A stretch of 64,000 nt of DNA from the NCBI GenBank assembly GCA_017560085.1, contig JAFYPA010000025.1, forward strand, positions 1,619 through 65,618. The letters are read 5' to 3'. Numbering within the stretch: position 1 is the stretch's first letter; every line of letters starts with the position of its first letter. Under the pieces are notes generated by a model. The model did not search any database. It was not told where the DNA came from and saw only the letters and a program-made list of their open reading frames with translations. This document shows, one piece after another, positions 1 through 8,668 of the stretch. Origin of the DNA: Clostridia bacterium (GTDB lineage: Bacteria > Bacillota > Clostridia > Oscillospirales > CAG-382). The position numbers were made by a program, and so were the translations under genes.

Positions 1-2862
1 CTTAACTGCTGTGTCGTAGCCGGGGAGTCTTGTTGCTTCATCAGCCTTGCCGTCTTCGTCATCGTCGATGAGGGAGATAGGATCAATCTGTTCACCGTGT
101 TCGGAAACGAAGGAGATTGTGAAGTATACTGATGTTGCCCATATGGAGTAGAGAACCATATCGCTTGTTACAGTAATATTTGCATCGGGAGCATACTCTG
201 GTATCATACTGCCTTCAACTGTTGTCCAGCCAATGTGCTTATAACCATTATTGAAATTCAGCTTCTTAAGGGAAAGAACTTCACCTTCGGCTCTGTAGTA
301 ATCAACGCCGTGTACAGTTACCTTATATACGTTGATGAATTCAACATCGTATGCACCTGCTTCGGGAGCGGGGATGAGGTCGCCGTCGAGGTCTGCGAGC
401 ATATATCTTTCGTCGCCAACCTGAACTGCGTTGTAATCGCCGTCAACCTCGTATGTGAAGCCTGCGAGCTCAATGCCCTTTGCCCATTCAAGGATAGCCT
501 TAATCTGGTCAGCAGATGTGCCCCATGTGTATGCTTCGTCGAGGCCTGTTGCTTCTGCGTGGAGCTTACCGTTCTTAACGTTGAGAACGATTGCGCCTGT
601 GTCTTCAACTGTGAGTGCGTTTTCTGTGTTGTTGATGATAACTCTTGTAGCATCGTCATCAACGCCGCAGGTTGCGAACTTGCCGATTGTACCGCCGTTT
701 ACTTCGAATACGGTTACACCGTCACGGATTGTAGCGTTAACATACTTGTCTGTTTCGCCATCCTTGTAGGAGTTAGTGCCAACACCTGTTGTTGTAACAT
801 CGCCGATTGTACCATCATTGATTGTGAAGTATCTGAGACCTGCGTAGGATGTTACGGAAGATGTACCGATAGGATTGAGGTTAATCTTGCCAACCTCACC
901 ACCGTTGATGTTGATGTAGTTAACACCGTAAGCTACGTTGTTGTTTCTCCAGCCGTGACCGTTGAAGATACCTGCAGCCTTACCGCCGTTGAAGTTAAGT
1001 GTTGTTGTACCTACAACATTAGCACCGGAAATACCTGCGTAGTGAACTGCACTCCATGTACCGCTGTTAACGTTGATAACAGAGTTATCGGAGTAGATGT
1101 TGTCGTAGTGAGCAACACCGACATTCTGAGAACCGCCTGCGAGAACTACGTTTTCACCGAATGTAAGCTCGGAGCCCATTGCAAGAAGACCGCCGTCCTT
1201 GCTTGCACCGTAAATCTTGATGTTGTTGAATTCAACATCTGTGTTGAATCTGATGTGAGAGTCCTTAAGTGTTGTACCGTCGTACCAACGCATATCGAAG
1301 ACAGAATCTGCTGTAAGACCTGTGATGTATACCTTCTTGCCTGCGCCCTTACCGAAATACTGGAGAGCTGCGCCGGATTCGTTCTTCTTTTCGTAGAGGT
1401 TTACGATAACGATTGTATCGAGTGTGTTGTCAGCCTTTGCGTCATCAATGATGATCTGCATAGCCTTCTTAAGTGTCTTAACGGGAGTTTCCTTTGTGAA
1501 ACCGTCGTTGGAGTCGTCACCTGTTGTGTCGAGGTAAACCTTCTTGCCACCGCCCCAAACAGCTGTAAATGTTACTGCAGCTGTTACAGTGTATGTTGCA
1601 CCGCCTGCAACGATTTCGTCTGTGTCGTTAACCTTCCAGCCCTTGAAGGAGAGCTCGTCGTCTGTAAGTGTGGGAAGTGTGATAACTGTGCCGTAAGCAA
1701 TTTCTTCAGCATCGTCGTCACCAATCTTAACTGTGTACTTAACAGCTTCCCAAACAGCTGTAAGTGTTACATTTGTAACAACCTTAACATTAACACCTGC
1801 ATCGTATGTTGCACCGTTGGCATCCCAGGTCTTAAATGTGAAGCCTTCAACCGCTGCGGGGGTGGGAAGTGTGATAACTGCACCGTCGTAAACGGTTTCT
1901 GTTGTTGTGCCGTTCTTGTCGTCAATGTATGTTACTGTGAACTTGCCGATTTCTTCCCATACTGCTGTGAAGGTCATGTGATCCTTAACTGTAACCTTAG
2001 CACCTGCTTCGTATGTTTCGCCGTTGCATTCCCAGCCTGCGAATGTAAAGCCGTCAACCGCTGCGGGTGTGGGAAGTGTGAACTGGCTATTGTATTCAAC
2101 AGATTCTTCTGTTGTGTCGTTCTTTTCGTCTTCAACTGTTACGGTGTACTTGTTTATTTCCCATTCAGAAACGAAATCAACTGCACCAGTAACTGTATAC
2201 TTGCCTGTATATACTTCTGTACCATCGGACCAGCCGAGAAAGGAATAACCTTCCTTGTCTGCGGGAGTGGGAAGAGTGATTTCTGTGCCTTCTTCATACT
2301 CCTGAGCATCCTCGCCGTCGAATGTTACTTCGTACTTGGGTGTTTCTGCTGCACCGCCGAGGCTAACCTTACCGTTTGTGAAGTTACCTGCAACAGCGGT
2401 ATTACCAACCTGGGAGAACTTTACGGAATCAAATTCGACAACCGCATCTCCTGTAGCACCCTCAATTGCTGTAAATACAAGGTTTGCGAACACACCGTCC
2501 TCGGCAACACCTGTTTCAAGGTCTGCACCGATATACTGAAGTGTGATAACATTCTTGGAGTTGATGTTTACATTTGCCATAGATGCATCGGGATATTCGA
2601 TAGAAGATGCCTTCTTGTCGAATGCGAGCTTTGTTGTATCAAATGTAAGCTTAAGTGTTGAACCGATGATGCCGTCGAAGCCATCTGCAAACTTAATATT
2701 GATAGGTACTATAATTTCTCCTGTTGCATCTGTTACTGTAACATCGTCTATTGCAACAGCAACAAGATTTCCGCTTTCAATTACGGGTTCTTTCGCGGAA
2801 ACAAAGGATGCACAGCCGACAATCATCATAAGTGCAAGAATCGCGCTGAATATCTTTTTCAT
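1..2862 (-). CDS. Large secreted protein, 3' end outside the window: signal peptide, N-terminal cohesin-like domain, several InlB-B/Listeria-Bacteroides-type repeats, then a beta-helix-like region
   Basis: Missing from the ORF track because its stop is outside the window. Minus-strand reading from ATG 2862 (SD GGAAAGGA): MKKIFSAILALMMIVGCASFVSA...IIVPINIKF...LKLTFDTTKL...DGVFANLVF (cohesin-like); repeats ITLPTP..KEGYSFLGW and FTLPTP..DGFTFAGW; then KVYLDTTGDDSNDGFTKETPVKTLKKA. Confidence 0.8.
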   Translation of the reverse strand, partial: MKKIFSAILALMMIVGCASFVSAKEPVIESGNLVAVAIDDVTVTDATGEIIVPINIKFADGFDGIIGSTLKLTFDTTKLAFDKKASSIEYPDASMANVNINSKNVITLQYIGADLETGVAEDGVFANLVFTAIEGATGDAVVEFDSVKFSQVGNTAVAGNFTNGKVSLGGAAETPKYEVTFDGEDAQEYEEGTEITLPTPADKEGYSFLGWSDGTEVYTGKYTVTGAVDFVSEWEINKYTVTVEDEKNDTTEESVEYNSQFTLPTPAAVDGFTFAGWECNGETYEAGAKVTVKDHMTFTAVWEEIGKFTVTYIDDKNGTTTETVYDGAVITLPTPAAVEGFTFKTWDANGATYDAGVNVKVVTNVTLTAVWEAVKYTVKIGDDDAEEIAYGTVITLPTLTDDELSFKGWKVNDTDEIVAGGATYTVTAAVTFTAVWGGGKKVYLDTTGDDSNDGFTKETPVKTLKKAMQIIIDDAKADNTLDTIVIVNLYEKKNESGAALQYFGKGAGKKVYITGLTADSVFDMRWYDGTTLKDSHIRFNTDVEFNNIKIYGASKDGGLLAMGSELTFGENVVLAGGSQNVGVAHYDNIYSDNSVINVNSGTWSAVHYAGISGANVVGTTTLNFNGGKAAGIFNGHGWRNNNVAYGVNYININGGEVGKINLNPIGTSSVTSYAGLRYFTINDGTIGDVTTTGVGTNSYKDGETDKYVNATIRDGVTVFEVNGGTIGKFATCGVDDDATRVIINNTENALTVEDTGAIVLNVKNGKLHAEATGLDEAYTWGTSADQIKAILEWAKGIELAGFTYEVDGDYNAVQVGDERYMLADLDGDLIPAPEAGAYDVEFINVYKVTVHGVDYYRAEGEVLSLKKLNFNNGYKHIGWTTVEGSMIPEYAPDANITVTSDMVLYSIWATSVYFTISFVSEHGEQIDPISLIDDDEDGKADEATRLPGYDTAVK

Positions 2863-2891
2863 GGTCTCTAATTCCTTTCCTTATAGTTTAA

Positions 2892-3614
2892 TCAGAACTC
2901 TTCGATTATGCCTGCTTCGTACTGGAGGATTGCGATAGCGTCGAAGAGGTCAACAGAATCGTCACCGTTAACATCACCGAGTGCATATTCTGCATCTGTG
3001 AGGTCTGTAACGCCTGCTTCATACTGAAGAACCGCAATAGCATCGAAGAGGTCGATGGATTCGTCCATATTAACGTCACCAAGCTCATATTCAGACTCAT
3101 CGCCGGAGCCGCCGACTACGGTAACCTTACCGTTAACCTTGTCAACAGTAACAACCTTACCGTCTTCTTCGTAAGCATTGTCAACAACCTCAAGCTTGAA
3201 GTCGTATGCGCCTGCTTTTGCGGGAGCTGTGAATTCAACATCAAAGAGCTTACCGGATTTTGTTTCTACATTGTAGAGACAAGCACCAACGAAGGTAATT
3301 GTTCTTGCATCTTCATCGTGATGGAACACATAAGTTTCACCTGCGAAGCCTGCGAAGTCAAGATAGAAGCTGTCCTTAACGAGGTCACTTGCCTCAGCAC
3401 CTTCATACTCGAATCCTTCGGGATATGTAAGCTTAATACCGAGTGTATTGAAGCCTGTGTTGTCGGAGAAGTTAACGGAGTAAGTAAAGCTTGCGCCACC
3501 GTTTGCTTCCACAACTGCACCTGTAACCGTAAGCTCATTTGCCGCACTTGCACTTACGCACAAAAGGCAGACAACTGTAGCAACGGTTGCCAAAATGATG
3601 GATAGTTTTTTCAT
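2892..3614 (-). CDS. Secreted cohesin-like domain + C-terminal dockerin protein
   Basis: Signal peptide MKKLSIILA..SASA; cohesin-like core (YSVNFSDNTGFNTLGIKLTY..SGKLFDVEF); duplicated dockerin repeats GDVNMDESIDLFDAIAVLQY and GDVNGDDSVDLFDAIAILQY. Confidence 0.85.
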   Translation of the reverse strand: MKKLSIILATVATVVCLLCVSASAANELTVTGAVVEANGGASFTYSVNFSDNTGFNTLGIKLTYPEGFEYEGAEASDLVKDSFYLDFAGFAGETYVFHHDEDARTITFVGACLYNVETKSGKLFDVEFTAPAKAGAYDFKLEVVDNAYEEDGKVVTVDKVNGKVTVVGGSGDESEYELGDVNMDESIDLFDAIAVLQYEAGVTDLTDAEYALGDVNGDDSVDLFDAIAILQYEAGIIEEF

Positions 3615-3903
3615 TGTACCTATACCATTCCTTTCTTTGCGGGAATCCCCGCTTTTGCAATTTTTGCATACCAAAGCATTATACAATACGTCTCGGTATA
3701 CTTAGTTACTATATATTATATATGGTTTTTAGAATAAAATCAAGGGGTTTTCTATATTTTTTTACACATTCTTGCGGTATTTTTCTGCCAATACCCCCAA
3801 AATATGGTGGTTTAACGTAAGTTTTTTCGATTGTAAACTTTTTTTGAACGAGGAAAGCCCCAAATGACCGTCAAATTCCGCCTCACCTCCCCTTCCGCAC
3901 GGC

Positions 3904-3947
3904 AAAAAAAGAAGCCGCTCCGAAATAATCCTCATCGAAGTGGCTTC
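3904..3947 (-). terminator. Probable intrinsic terminator after the MgtC gene
   Basis: On minus strand GAAGCCAC...GCGGCTTC stem followed by T7. Confidence 0.55.
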
Positions 3948-3981
3948 TGTGGTTTATATATATATAATAATATGTAGGAAA

Positions 3982-4713
3982 TCAGTCGATGGTGAAGGAG
4001 TAAACATCGGGATTTGCCTGCACGATGGAGGCAATCTCAAGGAAGTCTATATCCTTGTCGCTGTGCACCGTAAGAGTGAGTGTGAGTCGCTCCGCCTTGG
4101 ACTGAAGGGAGATTTTGCTGTTCTTTATCTGCATTCCGTGCTCCTCAAGCTGGGTCTTGAATGCGCTTACCGCCTCGGGTGTGTTCTTGAGGGATACAAC
4201 AACATCGTTTCTTACATCATTTGCAAGCACCTTGTCAAAGCCGATGAGGAAGGTGTGGAATACAATCTGAAGAACAATTATAAGCACCGTGGAAACAAGA
4301 CCCACAAAGTAAAGTCCGCTGCCGATTGTCATACCCACAGCCGCCGTAGCCCAGATGCCCGCCGCGGTGGTAAGTCCCTTGATGTTTGCACCCTTTACGA
4401 ATATCATTCCCGCACCGAGAAAGCCGACACCCGTGAGAATATTGGATGCAATTCTGGAGGCATCCGCCTGAATCTTGAGGTCTGGATTGTTTATAAGCAC
4501 ATCAAAGAAGCCGTACTTTGATACAACCATCGCAAGAGCCGCACCCAGTGCAACGATACAGTGGGTACGGAAGCCCGCATCCTTCTGTCTCATTGTACGC
4601 TCGATACCGATTGCGCCACCGCAAAGGCAGGCTATGAATATACGCACAACAAGGGGTGCCTGAGAAAGTATTCCGTCAAGCATTTCGCCTCCGGTTACAA
4701 TTAAATCTGTCAT
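3982..4713 (-). CDS. MgtC/SapB family membrane protein with C-terminal ACT-like domain
   Basis: IGIER..KDAGFRTH, DASRIASNILTGVGFLGAG and GLTTAAGIWATAAVG motifs; start moved to ATG 4713 behind SD GAGGA. Confidence 0.9.
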   Translation of the reverse strand: MTDLIVTGGEMLDGILSQAPLVVRIFIACLCGGAIGIERTMRQKDAGFRTHCIVALGAALAMVVSKYGFFDVLINNPDLKIQADASRIASNILTGVGFLGAGMIFVKGANIKGLTTAAGIWATAAVGMTIGSGLYFVGLVSTVLIIVLQIVFHTFLIGFDKVLANDVRNDVVVSLKNTPEAVSAFKTQLEEHGMQIKNSKISLQSKAERLTLTLTVHSDKDIDFLEIASIVQANPDVYSFTID

Positions 4714-4823
4714 ATATATTTCCTCTTTCTTATAAAATTTTATATACAAAACAAAGCGAATCCGCTCTGTAATTGCCGAAAAAATCAAGTCCTGCCGAAC
4801 AAAAATCCGGCAGGCTTTCGTAT

Positions 4824-5399
4824 TTATATGCTCTTGAAGCTTTCAACACCGAGCGAGCTCGCCTTGTAGCTCTCAAGGTATTCCGCTATTTTTTCAATAT
4901 CATCCGAAACGAAAACAAGCTCGCCGAAGTTCTTCAGGAAGCCCTCGCTTTCATATATACGGAGCATTTCAAGCATAGGATTGAAAAATCCGAAAGCATT
5001 GTAAAGCACAATCGCCTTTGAATGTCTGCCGAGCGAGCGAAGAGTAACAATCTCAAAAAGCTCGTCAAGGGTGCCGATTCCCCCGGGAGCCGCAATAAAG
5101 CAGTCGGAGCGCTCCTCAAGGATGCTCTTTCTCTCACGCATTGTGTCGGGGTAGATGTATTCCGAGCAGTGCTCGTAAAGTATGCCGTCCACATTGAAGA
5201 ACTTTGGAGCGACACAGAGTATGTCCTTTGCGTTTCCCTTCGTAAAGCCTCTTGCGGCGGCACCCATAAGTCCGTTACGGCCTCCGCCGAAAACAAGACC
5301 GTGTCCTCTTTTCGCAAGGCACATACCGAGATTTTCAACTGCGGTTACATACTTTTTATCAAGGGTTTTGCTTGAAGCACCGTAAATACATATATTCAT
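4824..5399 (-). CDS. LOG family (TIGR00730) phosphoribohydrolase
   Basis: NICIYGASS, LVFGGG..GLMG, MRERK, PGGIGTLDE; SD AAGGAG before ATG 5399. Confidence 0.9.
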   Translation of the reverse strand: MNICIYGASSKTLDKKYVTAVENLGMCLAKRGHGLVFGGGRNGLMGAAARGFTKGNAKDILCVAPKFFNVDGILYEHCSEYIYPDTMRERKSILEERSDCFIAAPGGIGTLDELFEIVTLRSLGRHSKAIVLYNAFGFFNPMLEMLRIYESEGFLKNFGELVFVSDDIEKIAEYLESYKASSLGVESFKSI

Positions 5400-5475
5400 A
5401 TGAATCTCCTTTTCTCCGTTTATTCGGCTCTTGACCGTATAAATTGACGGGAGCCCGCAGTGAATATAATGCGAT

Positions 5476-5504
5476 ATTATATCAGCAAACTCCCGAAATG
5501 TCAA
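5476..5504 (-). promoter_or_regulatory. Consensus sigmaA promoter for the LOG gene
   Basis: Minus strand TTGACA-N17-TATAAT. Confidence 0.75.
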
Positions 5505-5537
5505 TACACATTTTAAATTTTTTGCACATTTCAAATA

Positions 5538-6305
5538 TCAGAAATCGAATTCCTTTTCCTTGCAGACGAAAATCTCCGTTTCGGGATAGTCTCCCAGTGC
5601 CCTTTTTGCGTTTTCGAGGGCGATATTCGGGTGGTTATTCTCCTTGGAGAGATGGGCAAGATATATTTTCCTCGCTCCGCTCTGTGCAAGGTACGGAAGA
5701 AATCTTGCGCAATCGTCATTTGAGAGGTGTCCGTTCTTTGACAGGATTCGCTCCTGAAGGTAAATCGGATAGGGACCGTTCTTGAGCATTTCGATATCGT
5801 GGTTAGATTCAATCACGACAGTTTCGCACCCGAGAAGAGCAGATGCGATTCCCTTGGTGACATATCCGATATCGGTAGCATAACCGAGCCTTTCCTCGCC
5901 GCAGGTAACTCTGTAGCAGACGCTCCCCCATGAGTCGTGCGGTGTTTTATACACGTCAAAGCGGGCATTATCGGTAGTAAGGCTTTGTGTGGGATCGAGT
6001 ATATTAAGGTTTCTGCGGAGGTTATCAAATCCGTTTGTACAGTATATGTACTTTGCGGAGCTTGTGTTCATATAAACGGGAATATTATATTTTTTCGATA
6101 TAATTTCAAGTCCCTTGATATGGTCTGTATGCTCGTGCGTTATAAAAATTCCCCGTATATTCTCGATAGAGCTTCCGAGTGCATTAAGTGCGGAGCACAC
6201 TGCTTTACAGGACACTCCGACATCGATGAGGAATTCCTCGCCGTCACAGCTTAGGTGGGTTGAGTTTCCGGTTGAGCCGGAGAAGAGGGGGGTACAGGTA
6301 AGCAT
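5538..6305 (-). CDS. MBL-fold metallo-hydrolase (YycJ/WalJ-like)
   Basis: SGSTGN, THEHTDH, PHDS, ATDIG, IESNHD, GHLSN, LAHLSKENN. Confidence 0.9.
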   Translation of the reverse strand: MLTCTPLFSGSTGNSTHLSCDGEEFLIDVGVSCKAVCSALNALGSSIENIRGIFITHEHTDHIKGLEIISKKYNIPVYMNTSSAKYIYCTNGFDNLRRNLNILDPTQSLTTDNARFDVYKTPHDSWGSVCYRVTCGEERLGYATDIGYVTKGIASALLGCETVVIESNHDIEMLKNGPYPIYLQERILSKNGHLSNDDCARFLPYLAQSGARKIYLAHLSKENNHPNIALENAKRALGDYPETEIFVCKEKEFDF

Positions 6306-6319
6306 TTTTACTCCGTGAA

Positions 6320-6506
6320 AATAAGGTAATAGGGAATGGGGGATGGAAATTCGGAATTTGGAATTGAGTTGAAAATTTTTCCGTTGTAGAAATTTTTATT
6401 ATTTAAAATTAGTGCGGAGGGATTTTAGGATGCGGGTAAAGCCGATATGTCAAAGTTTTGGTCTCGCTTTTTCAAAAGCGAATCGCCGAAGGCCTCCCGT
6501 AAAAAA
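6320..6506. repeat. Composite intergenic repeat: degenerate heptamers + GAAAATTTTTC module + 32-bp module shared with 45704
   Basis: GAAATTCGGAATTT and TGAAAATTTTTC..AAATTTTTATTATTTAAAATT match the reverse complement of 38180-38252; 6450-6481 is identical to 45704-45735. Confidence 0.75.
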
Positions 6507-6509
6507 TCC

Positions 6510-7337
6510 TTACTTTATCCCCGACAAAGCCGCGCCGATAACCGTGCCGTACTGTGAATTCTGGGGGACGTGGATGTTTACATCGAACATTTCTTCGAGG
6601 GTTCTGAAGATTTTGTCTGACTGGGGGATGGTGGTGAGATTGCCTGTGAGGACGATGTCTCTTATGCCGAATCTTCTTGCGGAGAAGACTGCGAGTACTC
6701 CGACGGACTCGAAGACGAGGTTTATTACACCCAGCGCAACATCCGCCCTGTGTGCTACATCGGAAAGCTTTCCGAAGTTGGACGCCGTCATGTAGTCGGG
6801 AAGCCCGGGATGCATCTCCTTGCTGGAAATATCCGAAATTCTCAGGTCTACATTTCCGAGGTCGCCGTCCTTTGCAAGCTCTACGAGATTGTCAACATTG
6901 GATACGCCCAGCATCTTCTTGGAAAGTCCTATCAGCGTGCCTCCGCCGACTCCCGTACCGCCGAGGTATTCTATCGGTCCGCCCTTGACTGCGTGTACCA
7001 TCGCAGTACCTGTGCCAAGACTTCCGATTATCGCCTCGGGAAGTCCCGAAAGATACAGACCGCCAAGTCCGACACAGTCAAATTCCGTCTTGTGTACCGC
7101 GGGAATGCCGTAAAGATTGTCCTCGATAAAGGTCGAGCCTACGCCCGTCATCATTATTTTTTCTATGTCCGAAAGCTTTATTCCGTTCTCAAGCGTGAAC
7201 TTTCCGAATGCCCCGTACGCCGAGGATATCGGGTCGCCCGCCTTTACAAAGGTCGGATTTATCATTTTGTCACCGTCAAAGCCTACTATTTTCGTTGTGC
7301 TTCCGCCGACATCTATTCCTATTATTATATTGCTCAT
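6510..7337 (-). CDS. coaW: Type II pantothenate kinase
   Basis: IGIDVGGSTTK, TGVGS, EF..VGLGG, SLGTGT, GGTGVGGGT, GDLGNVDLRISDI, TASNFGK. Confidence 0.85.
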   Translation of the reverse strand: MSNIIIGIDVGGSTTKIVGFDGDKMINPTFVKAGDPISSAYGAFGKFTLENGIKLSDIEKIMMTGVGSTFIEDNLYGIPAVHKTEFDCVGLGGLYLSGLPEAIIGSLGTGTAMVHAVKGGPIEYLGGTGVGGGTLIGLSKKMLGVSNVDNLVELAKDGDLGNVDLRISDISSKEMHPGLPDYMTASNFGKLSDVAHRADVALGVINLVFESVGVLAVFSARRFGIRDIVLTGNLTTIPQSDKIFRTLEEMFDVNIHVPQNSQYGTVIGAALSGIK

Positions 7338-7378
7338 TTCGTTTTTCCTTTGCCCTTCCGAATTACTTTGCTTTCGCC

Positions 7379-7987
7379 TCAGCTTTTCTTGCCCGCCTGA
7401 CCGATGATTGTCTTGATTGCGGTCGCAAGAAGAAGATTTACGCAAAGCTCAACTACAAAGTTTATTCCGCACAGACCGAAAATAACATATGTGCCGAAGC
7501 TCGCACTTCCCGATGCCACAGACCAGCCTATAATGGTGTCCTTGAAGAAAATAAGCATTCCGAGAACGAAAAGCCCCGTGTTTACTATCGGTACGGCTAT
7601 GCCCGCAAGAATTATCGCGGCAAGACTGCTGAGCCTGCTCGCAAGCTTGTATACAAGTCCCGCGGTAAAGCCCGCAAGCGCGCCCTTACCTATACATATA
7701 ATCGCGGTTGCTATAAAATTCATACCCATAAGAAAGTGTGCCGTGGGGTCTATTATGAAAACTATCACTCCGAAAACAGTGCCGAGTATCGTGCCCGTGC
7801 CGATTCCGTACATCGCAGAGCCTACAAGAATCGGAACAAGCGCAAGCGTAAATGCCACGGGAAGAAGTCCCGCAGAGGAAATCATTGTCGCTACCGCCTG
7901 AAGCACAACTATGATAACTCCCAGAATGGAAATCATTACCATTTTGCGAATAGAGTTTTTGTCAAGCCTTTTTTGTGTCTTATTCAT
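7379..7987 (-). CDS. ECF transporter S component, probably pantothenate-specific (PanT-like)
   Basis: About 6 TM helices, TLALVPILVGS, PIVNTGLFVLG, GINFVVE; directly upstream of pantothenate kinase. Confidence 0.75.
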   Translation of the reverse strand: MNKTQKRLDKNSIRKMVMISILGVIIVVLQAVATMISSAGLLPVAFTLALVPILVGSAMYGIGTGTILGTVFGVIVFIIDPTAHFLMGMNFIATAIICIGKGALAGFTAGLVYKLASRLSSLAAIILAGIAVPIVNTGLFVLGMLIFFKDTIIGWSVASGSASFGTYVIFGLCGINFVVELCVNLLLATAIKTIIGQAGKKS

Positions 7988-8120
7988 AATTATTCATACA
8001 CCTTTCTGTTGATTTTGACTATAACAATTCTATCATATAATCATCCCATTATCAATAGCATAAAGCAAAATACCCCAACTTCACACAGAGGTCGAGGTTT
8101 AGATACCATTTGTTCGCTGT

Positions 8121-8615
8121 TTACTCATTATATTCCGCAATATACGCAATATATCCGTCATAATCGTCGATTTTCACCATTCTGACGTCCTCGGAGAATA
8201 CGCTCTTCTCCTTCATGCAGGGAACACCCCTTCCGATGAGCTTGGAAAGAGCCTCCTTCCTGACCCACATATCGGTAAAGGCTTCATCCGAGGGAGAATC
8301 TCCGAGAAAAGCAATCTCGTCCTCGCAGAAATAACGCCCTGCAAGAGCCGTCGGATTTTTCACTCTCCGCTCCGACCTCTCAAGGTCGATGCCGATTTCC
8401 CTTTGTGAAACAACGACAAGACAAAGCTCCTTGTCATGTGCAACACTGACATAGATTCCGTCAATCCCCACAATATGAGGCTTGCCGTTTTTGTCACGGT
8501 TGACGGAAAACCCTGAGCTGCGGGAAAGATATTCCCTGACCGATGCGATTATTTCCGCATCACTGTTTCCGCCGTCCCTTTTATGGGGATAGGAATATAT
8601 TTTGTAATTCTTCAT
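8121..8615 (-). CDS. 4'-phosphopantetheinyl transferase superfamily protein (Sfp-like)
   Basis: NGKP, SVAH, IGIDLE, WVRKEALSK. Confidence 0.85.
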   Translation of the reverse strand: MKNYKIYSYPHKRDGGNSDAEIIASVREYLSRSSGFSVNRDKNGKPHIVGIDGIYVSVAHDKELCLVVVSQREIGIDLERSERRVKNPTALAGRYFCEDEIAFLGDSPSDEAFTDMWVRKEALSKLIGRGVPCMKEKSVFSEDVRMVKIDDYDGYIAYIAEYNE

Positions 8616-8629
8616 ATCTTATTTGAAAG

Positions 8630-8656
8630 CGGGAGGAGCAGAGCCCCTCCCCTACA
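8630..8656 (-). repeat. Single GTAG-type REP-like palindrome
   Basis: Minus strand TGTAGGGGAGGGGCTCTGCTCCTCCCG; 27/27 identical to 59209-59235. Confidence 0.8.
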
Positions 8657-8668
8657 GTTTATATTTTT

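Noticed and set aside
235-2661. 808-aa Cys/Val-rich plus-strand ORF
   Set aside because: Antisense shadow of the real minus-strand surface-protein gene; strong codon bias (ACA, AAC, GAC) removes stops on the opposite strand and gives the C/V-rich composition.
5405-5470. Possible riboswitch in the LOG gene leader (GGCTC/GAGCC and CCGT/ACGG stems)
   Set aside because: A single short hairpin with no riboswitch consensus that I recognise; an Rfam search would be needed.
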